Positions 53,046 to 62,294 of a stretch of DNA of 64,000 nucleotides are shown piece after piece; position 1 is the first letter of the stretch; each line of letters opens with the position of its first letter. Under the pieces are notes generated by a model that worked only from the letters and a program-made list of their open reading frames with translations, was not told where the DNA came from and did no database searches. Source of the stretch: Bacteroidia bacterium (GTDB taxonomy: Bacteria; Bacteroidota; Bacteroidia; NS11-12g; UBA9320); assembly GCA_965216465.1 (NCBI GenBank), contig CBDCFW010000005.1:288001-352000 (forward strand). Direction: 5' to 3'. The position numbers and the translations under genes are program-made.

Positions 53046-53753
53046 TTATAGCTGGCGGAGATGGGTCAGCTTGTACCAGAACTTATGAACTGATATAAAT
53101 ACTTTTCTATGTCTTGGTACAGGTGCTGGGGCAAAAGAGGTGATAAGAACTCCTTCATTTACTATAGTAATTAGGTTTTCTTTCTCTAGAAATATAATGG
53201 CACTTTTGTCCTTCATCCCAACAAAGTGAACACTCACCTCAACTGAGTCGGCCTCAAATTCTACTGGAATTCGAAGCTCAAATTTACCGTCTTCATCGGT
53301 AAAACAAGCAAAGTTCCTATCGCTGGCGAAAATTGTAGCATAAGCTACTGGTTCAGCGTTTGCACTATCAACAACTCTGCCTCTATACACCTTCATCACA
53401 GTATCTACCGGTTCTTGAATCTGTGGATCGGCATAAACTTGTTCAATGGCATTAACCTCTTTTGCTTCAATTGCAGGAGAAGTCAATCCTAAAAAAGCCA
53501 TTAAGCTGGCTACTTTAAGTGAGCGTAGATTTGGTAAATCAATTACTGGAGGTTGGTGCCCCCAATGTTTTAGCTGTTTATCAGAATACATGGCACAAGT
53601 AGAGTATCCTGTAGATTTCTGAAGCGTTTCGATTTCTTTCCAGCTACTTTTTCTGAGGTCAACAATAGTCTTATCGCATTGAGCACATAGTCTACCACCA
53701 TCTACTTTCTTCATCGTATTCCAGTTTTGATAGCATTTTGGTGGTTTTTGCAT
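53046..53753 (-). CDS. Cys-rich N-terminal domain + TM + carboxypeptidase-regulatory-like domain protein
   Basis: CxxNW..M....GRxCxxC...VD...C motif; GRVVD...EPV.YAT...TDEDGKF; ATG 53753 follows TATTTTTG. Confidence 0.8.
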   Translation of the reverse strand: MQKPPKCYQNWNTMKKVDGGRLCAQCDKTIVDLRKSSWKEIETLQKSTGYSTCAMYSDKQLKHWGHQPPVIDLPNLRSLKVASLMAFLGLTSPAIEAKEVNAIEQVYADPQIQEPVDTVMKVYRGRVVDSANAEPVAYATIFASDRNFACFTDEDGKFELRIPVEFEADSVEVSVHFVGMKDKSAIIFLEKENLITIVNEGVLITSFAPAPVPRHRKVFISVHKFWYKLTHLRQL

Positions 53754-54023
53754 GTTCCAAAAATAGGGTATGTTTCGATGATAATTTTGCTTAATTGACC
53801 TATAGCAATTTGAATTGAGCACCGTTTTTAATGGTTTTTATCGGTAAAAAACTTCTCCCATTTTTGGTCCTAATAGTAGAATTAGTCTCTTTTTGGGACA
53901 AAATAAGTGGTTTGGCACGGTTGGTTTATTTGCCCGATACTTTTCTAATAATATTTTTATTGCACTGTTTTACAGCTACTTACAAGCATACACCAATCAC
54001 AAATATGCCAAATTTGTGCGTTT

Positions 54024-54039
54024 TGGCACACGCATTGAA
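54024..54039 (+). promoter_or_regulatory. Putative sigma54 (-24/-12) promoter
   Basis: TGGCAC-ACGCA-TTGAA, 48 nt upstream of the ATG at 54088. Confidence 0.65.
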
Positions 54040-54087
54040 ATAATATAGACGTGCCACGTATCTAACACAACTAAACGGCACGAACTT

Positions 54088-55110
54088 ATGAGAAGAAGAA
54101 TTTACACAATCGCAACAGCGTTACTATTCATTTTAACAGCAAACGCACAGTCAATCACAAAAACTACAGCTCCAGGAGCATCTAATAGTTTGTATACTGT
54201 AAATCAAAAAGTATCTACTCTTTCAACTGCTTATACCAGTGCGGTAGCAACCATGTCTGATGGAGACACTTTATATGTCGGTTCGAAAAGTGACACGCTT
54301 TATGTTGAAGATGACAATTCTTCTTTAATGAACATTGACATCATTTTAATGATCGTTGATAGCGGAGTAGCTCATTGGACAGATAGAGCTGACTGGGTTC
54401 TTAGTGATAGCTCTCAACTAATTATGTATAACGGTGGAGACTTGAGCTCACCATTACCTTGTGATGCAAACAAAAAGTTAGTATTTGGTACTTACAATGT
54501 TGCTTCATGTTCTGGTGGTAATGCTGACTTCTCTTTCAGAGACATTATCGATATGGGTGGATTTGACCCTCAAAACCCACCATTACCAGTATCATTAACT
54601 GATTTTAATGCAACTCAACTTGATGAATTAAACATCAATGTTAACTGGCAAACTGCAATGGAGATCAATCACGAAAGATTTGAAATCCTTAGAAGTACTG
54701 ACGGAGTTAACTTTACTGTTGTTCACACTGAATTTGGTTCTGGTGTTAATAGCCTTGAAATTAAGAACTACAATTTTGTAGACCAGTTTAACAACACCAA
54801 TGGAGTATACTACAAGCTTGTACAATACGATTTTGACGGACAAAACGAAGCATTCAATGTTGTGTATGTTGCTCCATCAAAAACTACAACGGTAAGAACT
54901 TACCCTAACCCTGCGACTTCTTACTTAACAGTAGATATCAATAGCGAAAACCCAAGTACTGAGATTACTTTATCAAACTTAAAAGGTCAAGTATTATTCG
55001 CATACTCTACAACCAGAAACGAAAGCGTAACTATCGACTTGAATGATTTCGAGACTGGTCTTTACATTCTTTCAGTTGACGGACAAAATCAAAAAATCTT
55101 GAAAAAATAA
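54088..55110 (+). CDS. T9SS type A sorting domain protein
   Basis: Signal peptide ANA|Q; PLPVSL..F domain, YYKLVQYDFDG, YPNPA...GLYIL CTD. Confidence 0.9.
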   Translation: MRRRIYTIATALLFILTANAQSITKTTAPGASNSLYTVNQKVSTLSTAYTSAVATMSDGDTLYVGSKSDTLYVEDDNSSLMNIDIILMIVDSGVAHWTDRADWVLSDSSQLIMYNGGDLSSPLPCDANKKLVFGTYNVASCSGGNADFSFRDIIDMGGFDPQNPPLPVSLTDFNATQLDELNINVNWQTAMEINHERFEILRSTDGVNFTVVHTEFGSGVNSLEIKNYNFVDQFNNTNGVYYKLVQYDFDGQNEAFNVVYVAPSKTTTVRTYPNPATSYLTVDINSENPSTEITLSNLKGQVLFAYSTTRNESVTIDLNDFETGLYILSVDGQNQKILKK

Positions 55111-55134
55111 ACCTCATACGATTTCTCATAAACT

Positions 55135-55167
55135 GAGCCCTTGGTTAACGCCAGGGGCTTTTTTTTT
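55135..55167 (+). terminator. Intrinsic terminator
   Basis: gagcccttgg-ttaacg-ccaggggctt followed by a T-run. Confidence 0.8.
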
Positions 55168-56224
55168 ACATTCTTTCGATAAGATCCGCCAAGACTAATG
55201 CAGTCATAGTCTCTACAATTGGAATAGCCCTAGGCACAACACACGGGTCGTGTCTTCCACTGGCTGCAAGATCAACAGACTCACCACTGTCGTTAACCGT
55301 TTTCTGAGACTTTGCAATAGTCGCAGTCGGTTTGAATGCTACACGAAAAACGATATCCATTCCGTTAGTTATGCCTCCTTGGATACCTCCAGAGAAGTTA
55401 GTTTCAGTAATAATTTTATCTTGATCATTGACAAACAAATCGTTGGCCTCTGATCCGAGCATTGAAGTCATCTCAAACCCGCCTCCAAATTCTACTCCTT
55501 TTACTGCATTTATGCTGAACATGGCTTGAGCAAGTTGAGCATTGATTTTAGCAAAAACTGGCTCGCCCAATCCTACAGGCACACCTTGAACAATACACTC
55601 AACAACTCCTCCTAAACTATCTCCTTCGCTTTTTACACGCATTATTTGGGCTTCCATTTCAGCTGCTTTTTGAGCGTCTGGACATCTCACCACTGACTGG
55701 TCAACAATGGCACGATCAAAAAATCCAGTTTGCTCAGTTCTAATCTTTCCTATTTGTTTTACAAAAGCTCCAATTTTGATTTGATGCTCGCTTTCGAGAT
55801 AGGCTTGAACCAATGCACCGCCAGCAACCCAACCTGCAGTTACACGAGCACTGCTTCTTCCTCCTCCGCGATGGTCTCTTTGCCCATACTTCTGAGCATA
55901 GGTAAAGTCTGCATGTGATGGACGATAAACGCGCTCTAAATCATTATAATCTTGAGGACGTTGATCTTTATTAAGAATATGTAGATGAATAGGTGCTCCT
56001 GTTGTCACCCCTTCAAATACTCCAGAATTGATTCGAACTTCATCATCTTCCCTTCTAGAAGTAGACAGTTTAGATTGCCCAGGTTTTCGCCGCTGCATCT
56101 GTAAGCGAATAAAGTCTTCATCTACTTTAATTCCTGGCTTCAATCCATCTAAAACTGCTCCCACAGCTTCTCCATGAGACTCGCCGTATGATGTTAATCG
56201 AATATAGTTACCAAGTGTATTCAA
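55166..56224 (-). CDS. aroC: Chorismate synthase
   Basis: GESHG, RPSHAD, RGGGRSSAR, FKPTATI, GRHDPC. Confidence 0.98.
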   Translation of the reverse strand: MNTLGNYIRLTSYGESHGEAVGAVLDGLKPGIKVDEDFIRLQMQRRKPGQSKLSTSRREDDEVRINSGVFEGVTTGAPIHLHILNKDQRPQDYNDLERVYRPSHADFTYAQKYGQRDHRGGGRSSARVTAGWVAGGALVQAYLESEHQIKIGAFVKQIGKIRTEQTGFFDRAIVDQSVVRCPDAQKAAEMEAQIMRVKSEGDSLGGVVECIVQGVPVGLGEPVFAKINAQLAQAMFSINAVKGVEFGGGFEMTSMLGSEANDLFVNDQDKIITETNFSGGIQGGITNGMDIVFRVAFKPTATIAKSQKTVNDSGESVDLAASGRHDPCVVPRAIPIVETMTALVLADLIERM

Positions 56225-56228
56225 TGCC

Positions 56229-57458
56229 TCAAAGATATTCTATTTCAAATCCTGCAGCTACCAAATCGTTCCAAAAGTTGGGATAAGACTTTTTGACTAC
56301 ATTCTCGTTTGCAAGCTGTATGGGTTGAATAAGTGCCAGCGGTGCTAAACTCATAGCCATGCGGTGATCATCAAATACATCAAATTGTGTATCTGAAGCC
56401 AGGTCTAAACTTCCTTCTATGCACCATACATTTCCACTCTTTGTCATTGAACTATTCATTTGCTTTAGGTATTGGCCAATTGCAAATTCTCTGTCACATT
56501 CCTTGAATTTCAAGCTTTCTAGTCCAGTAAGTTCGCAACCACACCCTAAAGCAGGCAACAGTAAGGCAAAGGTTGGAGCCAAGTCTGGAAATTGGGAAAA
56601 GTTTAATAGAGATGGACACTCAACATGCGTATTCGCTTTGTCTTTTTGGATATGGAATCCTTCTTTCTTATCCTCAAAACGTAACTGAACATTACCGATA
56701 TCGAACAACCTCTTACGGTCTTTATGCATATTGGTTTGATTTATCCCCGGAAACAACAAATCGGCCCCCGAACTCAGATGAGCCATTGCATACCAATAAT
56801 AAAACGAGGTCCAATCTGGTTCAACTTTAAAATACTCGCCTTTAAATTTTTGGTGCTTTGAAACCTTTACATATGTCCCTTTGCTTTCTACAGAAAACCC
56901 CATTCTTCTCAAGGCAGAAACTGTTAGCACCACATAAGAAAATGAATTCATTTTGTGATTGATTTTCAGTTGAACATCACCATTTATTTTCGGCATAATC
57001 ATTAATATGGCCGAAACAAATTGACTGCTTTTAACCTCACTTAAATCGAGCACTCCTTCTCCACTAAGGCCATCACTTTCAATCTTCAATGGTGCAAACC
57101 CTTCTTTGTTGAGGTAGGTAATTTTTGCACCTAAAACTTCTAGCACATTTGCCAGTTCTTCAATTGGGCGTTCATGGAGCCTTTCCGATCCACGAATTAC
57201 ATAGGATCCACCTATCGCAGCACAATAAGCCAATATAAATCGGAAAGCGGTGCCTGCATCTTGAACATTTAGCTCTTGGTCTTGTCCTTCGAGCAATGAT
57301 TTGAGTAACACCGTATCATTGGCTGAGGACAGATTGTCTAACTTCAAATCTGGTTCGTACAAATGCTGTAATATGAGCATTCGGTTCGATATACTCTTGG
57401 AGCTAGGAAGGTTAATTATTCCTTTTAAAACCTTTGATGGATGACTTAGCTTGATCAT
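56229..57458 (-). CDS. aroA: EPSP synthase (3-phosphoshikimate 1-carboxyvinyltransferase)
   Basis: PSSKSISNR, AGTAFRF, SSQFVSA, KECDR, DHRMAM, KSYPNFW. Confidence 0.93.
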   Translation of the reverse strand: MIKLSHPSKVLKGIINLPSSKSISNRMLILQHLYEPDLKLDNLSSANDTVLLKSLLEGQDQELNVQDAGTAFRFILAYCAAIGGSYVIRGSERLHERPIEELANVLEVLGAKITYLNKEGFAPLKIESDGLSGEGVLDLSEVKSSQFVSAILMIMPKINGDVQLKINHKMNSFSYVVLTVSALRRMGFSVESKGTYVKVSKHQKFKGEYFKVEPDWTSFYYWYAMAHLSSGADLLFPGINQTNMHKDRKRLFDIGNVQLRFEDKKEGFHIQKDKANTHVECPSLLNFSQFPDLAPTFALLLPALGCGCELTGLESLKFKECDREFAIGQYLKQMNSSMTKSGNVWCIEGSLDLASDTQFDVFDDHRMAMSLAPLALIQPIQLANENVVKKSYPNFWNDLVAAGFEIEYL

Positions 57459-58474
57459 TGCATGCTCCTTAGATAGGCAATTGCATCCTTAATCAAATCG
57501 CTATCAATCAGATAATCTTCTTGACAATTACCAATTTTCTTTAGCAGTGAGAAGTTTATTCCGACTCCTTGATTCTTTTTATCTTTAAGAAGGTAGGGTT
57601 CTATGTCTTTATATGAAGGTAAATTATGATCTAAGCGATTCAAGACGCTATGTAACACCGTGGTTATTTCGTTGAGTTCATCATCTGAAAGACCCGAAAT
57701 TTTAGATGAAATATAACTTTCAGCTATCATTCCTAAGGCTACAGCATAGCCATGCGAAAGTTCTTCGTTCTCTTTAGATATGGATAAGGACCAAGATTCA
57801 ATAGCATGCCCTACTGTATGACCAAAGTTTAATCGCTTTCTAACTCCTTCGTCTTTAAAATCTTCTTTTACGTGTTTAAGCTTGATTTTAATCGAATCAG
57901 AAATAAGATTAGAATCTAAATCTTTAGAATTTGACAAGAAGAGCAGCTTCACCTTGTCGTAATGAGCTTTATTAGCGATTAGCCCATGTTTAAGCATTTC
58001 TACATAGCCATTAACCCACTCCTCGCTGGGCAACGTCTTCAAAAACTTGTGGCAGATAAAGGTTTCATCAGCCTCTCGAAAATTTCCTATATAGTTTTTG
58101 TAACCTAGGAAGTTAACCCCATTTTTACCTCCTACTGAGGCATCAACCATTGCTAAAAGTGATGTTGGACAAAGAACCACCTTCATCCCTCTTTGGTAAA
58201 CGCTCCCAGCAAACGAGCCCATGTCGCAGAGAACACCCCCTCCTAGACAGAGTAAGGTTGTGTTTCGAGTTGCTCCGAGTTCTGACAGTTTTTTCCATAT
58301 ATACTCACAGCTATTGAGATTCTTATAGCCTTCCCCATAGGGAACAATAAAATGAGGATAGTTATGCCCGAGCAGCGGGAAACAATCTTGCAAAGTGTGC
58401 TTATCGGCGAGCACAATCAAATCTTTAGATCTGTTCGCTAAGAAGGATTTCAGTTTATCGATTCCGAATTGCAC
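57455..58474 (-). CDS. aroB: 3-dehydroquinate synthase
   Basis: GGGVLCD, PTSLLAMVDASVGGKNG, LNFGHTVGHAIE; GTG start. Confidence 0.96.
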   Translation of the reverse strand: MQFGIDKLKSFLANRSKDLIVLADKHTLQDCFPLLGHNYPHFIVPYGEGYKNLNSCEYIWKKLSELGATRNTTLLCLGGGVLCDMGSFAGSVYQRGMKVVLCPTSLLAMVDASVGGKNGVNFLGYKNYIGNFREADETFICHKFLKTLPSEEWVNGYVEMLKHGLIANKAHYDKVKLLFLSNSKDLDSNLISDSIKIKLKHVKEDFKDEGVRKRLNFGHTVGHAIESWSLSISKENEELSHGYAVALGMIAESYISSKISGLSDDELNEITTVLHSVLNRLDHNLPSYKDIEPYLLKDKKNQGVGINFSLLKKIGNCQEDYLIDSDLIKDAIAYLRSMQ

Positions 58475-58582
58475 TTAAGCAAATTTAGAAAAATATCGAA
58501 TCAATGCACACTAAATATGTACTGTATGTAAGAGCTTTAAATTAAGGAACATATTGAACGTTGATCGAACGGCAGAACAGTT

Positions 58583-58930
58583 CTATTCGTACCGTCGAAC
58601 ATCCACATCCACATCATACACCCACGGCTCAGAGAAGTCAAAAAAGAATGAAACTGATTCTCCAGGGCTCATGTAGGTATCGACCCACACAAATTCGTAG
58701 TCTATTAGGTATCCATCAATATCGTACATACGTACTTCGAGCTGTACAGCTTCGATAAATGTTTCTCCGTCATTTACAATTTCTCCATCGATTGAAGTTC
58801 CCCAACGATCAGACCAATATTCGTAAAATACGTCTGCATCGGTTATTGGGTAATAAGGAACTTCCTCTCTCCCACAGCCGCTGAGAATTAGAACAGCGAG
58901 CGAAAGCATAAGTGTCATTTTTCTAATCAT
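58583..58930 (-). CDS. FxLYD-domain-like lipoprotein
   Basis: Lipobox LSGC; GEIVNDG...VRMYDIDG...PGESVSF. Confidence 0.75.
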   Translation of the reverse strand: MIRKMTLMLSLAVLILSGCGREEVPYYPITDADVFYEYWSDRWGTSIDGEIVNDGETFIEAVQLEVRMYDIDGYLIDYEFVWVDTYMSPGESVSFFFDFSEPWVYDVDVDVRRYE

Positions 58931-59030
58931 ATCTGTTCTTTTTTAAATACAACTTGTAGCTCGATAGATTCGATCTATGGCCCATTTCACTAATAAATAT
59001 GTAGTTACTAATATCATTTACTAGATATAG

Positions 59031-59046
59031 TTCAATATCTGAGCCA
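59031..59046 (-). promoter_or_regulatory. Putative sigma54 (-24/-12) promoter of the lipoprotein gene
   Basis: TGGCTC-AGATA-TTGAA on the minus strand. Confidence 0.5.
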
Positions 59047-59120
59047 AACTAAAAAAATACAGCCGTTGTTAAATTAGGAATGCTACTTAGCATAGATAGT
59101 AGTTTATTTGAAGTGAATTT

Positions 59121-60116
59121 ATGAAGCGTGTAATAGGAATAGTTTTGTTTTTAGCCATCGCAATCGGTGCATATTTTGTTTTGACTAAAAACAAGTATAA
59201 AAATTCAGCAACCTCGGTTGCAAATTTTGCCGTAGAAAACGTTGAAGATGTTGATCGCATAACATTAAAAGACAGAGAAGGCAATTTGGTTGACCTCACT
59301 AAAAAAGGTAACGACTGGTTCGTTAATAACAACCAGAAAGCCTTTGCCCCAGTTATGGACATTTTTCTGAATGAAACACTCGCTAAAATTAAAATCAAGG
59401 GACCTGTTCCAAAAACAGCAAGAAACAATGTCATTCAGCTAATGGTTGGAAATGCAGTGCATGTAAAAGTGTATGCTAACGACGAGGTTATTAAAGATTA
59501 TTATGTCGGAGCAGCCAATACGGATCAAACGGGCACCTACATTCACATTGAAGGAGCTAGCACGCCGTATGTTTCATTTATTCCTGGAGAACCGGGTATT
59601 TTGCTGCCTAAATTTCCTACAGATGCTCAAGAGTGGTACTCTAAGTCAATATTTGATTACAAGCCTTTAGAAATGCAATCGATTGATGTTGAAAATCTGG
59701 AAAATCCGAATGAATCATTCAAATTGGTCAGAAAAGACTCTGCGTTTAGTATGCTAAACGCTGATGCGGGTGTCAATCCCAACGCCGTTAAAAGCTATTT
59801 CTCACTTTTTAGCTTCAAAAATTTCGAAGGTTATGCACCTTATTTAGCTCAGTCTACCAAAGACTCAATAAAGGCACAGCCGCCATTTATGAAGATAACT
59901 GTAACGGACAACAACAATACAAAGACTACCTTAAATGTGTATCGCAAAGGCTCTTTTAGTGGCGACCAAACATTAATAGATAAGAACGGAAATGTGATTG
60001 TTGAGGATGTCGAGCGGTATTTCGCTACGTTTACTGGTTTTGACCGACTGGTAACTATACAAGATTACACATTCAAGAAGATTTTGATTCCAAGAAGTTT
60101 CTTTTACGTGAATTAG
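59121..60116 (+). CDS. DUF4340-like membrane-anchored protein
   Basis: N-terminal TM; two repeats of 'I.L......L.K....W' ; YYVG...TGTY. Confidence 0.7.
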   Translation: MKRVIGIVLFLAIAIGAYFVLTKNKYKNSATSVANFAVENVEDVDRITLKDREGNLVDLTKKGNDWFVNNNQKAFAPVMDIFLNETLAKIKIKGPVPKTARNNVIQLMVGNAVHVKVYANDEVIKDYYVGAANTDQTGTYIHIEGASTPYVSFIPGEPGILLPKFPTDAQEWYSKSIFDYKPLEMQSIDVENLENPNESFKLVRKDSAFSMLNADAGVNPNAVKSYFSLFSFKNFEGYAPYLAQSTKDSIKAQPPFMKITVTDNNNTKTTLNVYRKGSFSGDQTLIDKNGNVIVEDVERYFATFTGFDRLVTIQDYTFKKILIPRSFFYVN

Positions 60117-61144
60117 AAACCATAAGTTTCATTGGCTCCTCGCCATTTGTCAATTACCTTATTCATGTCAAACGGCAATTCACTGTCGAATTGCATCCAT
60201 TGTCCTGAAACCGGATGTTTAAATCCTAGTGATTTTGCATGCAAGGCTTGACGCGGTAAAATTGAAAAACAATTATCTACAAACTGCTTATACTTACTGA
60301 ATACAACCCCTTTTAAAATTTTGTTTCCGCCATAGAAATCATCACTGAATAGTGGATGTCCTAAATGCTTCATGTGAACACGAATTTGATGCGTTCTACC
60401 CGTTTCAAGATTGCATTGCAACAAAGTGGTGTAGGTGAAATCTTCAAGCACTTTGTAATGAGTTACTGCCCATTTTCCTCGCGATTCGTCTTCATAGGTT
60501 ACGTACTTCTTACGGTCGTATTGATCTCGGCCAATATAGGTTCGTATGCTTCCTTCAGCTTCTGTAACACTACCCCAAACCAATGCATAGTATGTTCGTT
60601 CAATGGTGTGATCGTGAAATTGTTTAGCAAGATGAGCCATGGCTTCATCGGTTTTAGCAATCACCATTAAACCGGAGGTATTTTTATCGATGCGATGTAC
60701 CAACCAAGGTCGTTTCCCAATATGATGTGCCTTTTTATCTAACCGAAAGGCTAAAGCGTTGAGCAATGTTCGGTCGTAATTTCCAAAACCAGGGTGAACC
60801 ACCATGCCAGCAGGTTTATTGACAATCATTAAACTGTCGTCTTCGTAAACAACATCAAGCGGAATATCTTGTGGAATAACTTCTAACTCGTTAGGCTCTT
60901 TATCAACCAATACATCAATTACATCTTTAGGCTTAACCTTGTAGCTAGCCTTTACAGCAGTTTGGTTTACTTTAACCTGTTTACGGTCCATCGCTTCTTG
61001 CAATTTACTGCGCGTAGCTTTCTCAATCCGGTTTACTAAATACTTGTCGATTCGCAAGGGTTCTTGACCGTCATCTACCACAAATGAATACCTTAAATAA
61101 AGTTGATCGCTTAAGTCTTCATTATTTTCAATTTGCTCAGGCAT
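60113..61144 (-). CDS. rluD: RluA-family (RluD-like) pseudouridine synthase
   Basis: S4 domain, NKPAGMVVHP, HRIDKNTSG, ETGRTHQIRVH, RQALHA. Confidence 0.92.
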   Translation of the reverse strand: MPEQIENNEDLSDQLYLRYSFVVDDGQEPLRIDKYLVNRIEKATRSKLQEAMDRKQVKVNQTAVKASYKVKPKDVIDVLVDKEPNELEVIPQDIPLDVVYEDDSLMIVNKPAGMVVHPGFGNYDRTLLNALAFRLDKKAHHIGKRPWLVHRIDKNTSGLMVIAKTDEAMAHLAKQFHDHTIERTYYALVWGSVTEAEGSIRTYIGRDQYDRKKYVTYEDESRGKWAVTHYKVLEDFTYTTLLQCNLETGRTHQIRVHMKHLGHPLFSDDFYGGNKILKGVVFSKYKQFVDNCFSILPRQALHAKSLGFKHPVSGQWMQFDSELPFDMNKVIDKWRGANETYGF

Positions 61145-61218
61145 ATTTATGGCAACCGAGTATCGTTAGGAATTATATCGGTTTATTTTTGTGGAATACA
61201 AAGGTATTAAGAAAACGA

Positions 61219-62226
61219 ATGATAACACACGAATCATCTTTAGAAAACTTTGCAGAACAGTTTGATTATGTTTTAGGGCAATATACTGCTCACGATTTTA
61301 AGGCTGCTGATCTTGACCATATTGTTATGGGCGGTTTAGGAGGTAGCGGAATCGGTGCTCTAATTGCAAAAACTTATTTCTTCGACAAGTGCAGTTTACC
61401 CATTGAAGCTGTAGCTGATTACCATTTACCTAAATTCATCAACGAAAGGTCTTTGGTTATATTAAATTCTTATTCGGGCAACACTGAAGAAACACTAAAT
61501 ATGTTTGATGAAGCTATTGCTGCGAATTGCAAATTAATCATTATAACATCAGGAGGAGAGCTTGAAAAAAGAGCAAAAGAACACAATCTTAAAACTTATA
61601 TGCTAAAAACTGGGTATCAACCTAGAATGACCATAGGTATGGGTTTAAGCTTCTTGACCTTAATTATTGGAGACACTATTGGTGAAGATTATCGTTCAAC
61701 TATTCAAGAAATTAAAGACGGGTTCATTGAAAATCAGGTTAAACAAATTGACAGTGGTACACAAATCTATTCGTACTTCAAAAATTCAATTAAAAGCAAG
61801 TTTGTAATTGTTGCAGACCGTGAGTTTGCTCCAGTAGCTACTCGATTTACGCAGCAGCTCAACGAAAATTCAAAACTTGAAGGTTTTGTTAATGTGCTTC
61901 CGGAGGCAAACCACAACGTGATTGAAAGCTATACTGATCGATTGGATACAAACTTCATTATGCTTTATTCAGAGAACAATGCACGTGTTGTTGCTCGTTT
62001 TGATTTCATTATATCTCATCTTGAATTAGAGAATAACAAGGTTCTTCCTTTACAGATTCCTGAGTACACGCTTTACTCCATTTTCGATGTAATTTATCGC
62101 TTAGATTGGGTTAGTGTTTTACTTGCAAATGAATTAGGATCAAACCTTATGGAAGTTCCAATTATTACCAACCTAAAAGAATTCTTAAGTCAAATTGAGG
62201 AGGTTGAAGACGAATCAGAAGAATAA
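61219..62226 (+). CDS. Bifunctional phosphoglucose/phosphomannose isomerase (SIS domain)
   Basis: GLGGSG, SYSGNTEET, TSGG, QLNENSK, PEANHN; ATG 61219 follows TATTTTTG (61184-61191). Confidence 0.88.
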   Translation: MITHESSLENFAEQFDYVLGQYTAHDFKAADLDHIVMGGLGGSGIGALIAKTYFFDKCSLPIEAVADYHLPKFINERSLVILNSYSGNTEETLNMFDEAIAANCKLIIITSGGELEKRAKEHNLKTYMLKTGYQPRMTIGMGLSFLTLIIGDTIGEDYRSTIQEIKDGFIENQVKQIDSGTQIYSYFKNSIKSKFVIVADREFAPVATRFTQQLNENSKLEGFVNVLPEANHNVIESYTDRLDTNFIMLYSENNARVVARFDFIISHLELENNKVLPLQIPEYTLYSIFDVIYRLDWVSVLLANELGSNLMEVPIITNLKEFLSQIEEVEDESEE

Positions 62227-62242
62227 AAAAAAACAGACTTAT

Positions 62243-62277
62243 AAAAAAAAGGTCTCGCCAATGCGAGACCTTTTTTT
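62243..62277. terminator. Bidirectional intrinsic terminator
   Basis: A-run, ggtctcgc-caat-gcgagacc, T-run. Confidence 0.92.
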
Positions 62278-62294
62278 ATGGATATAATTTTTGA

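Noticed and set aside
53831-54043. 70-aa plus-strand ORF upstream of the T9SS gene
   Set aside because: Covers the putative enhancer and promoter region and lacks supporting features; not fully excluded.
58545-58600. Repeated GAAC/GTTC including GTTC-N7-GTTC, which resembles an alphaproteobacterial LexA box
   Set aside because: Wrong phylum and no DNA-repair gene downstream; better explained as chance or a 3' hairpin after the lipoprotein gene.
61084-61218. N-terminal extension of the SIS protein overlapping the RluA gene; likewise track starts 1977, 12743, 13689, 22971, 38154 and 53822
   Set aside because: Longest-ORF artefacts; downstream starts fit promoters, signal peptides or domain boundaries better.
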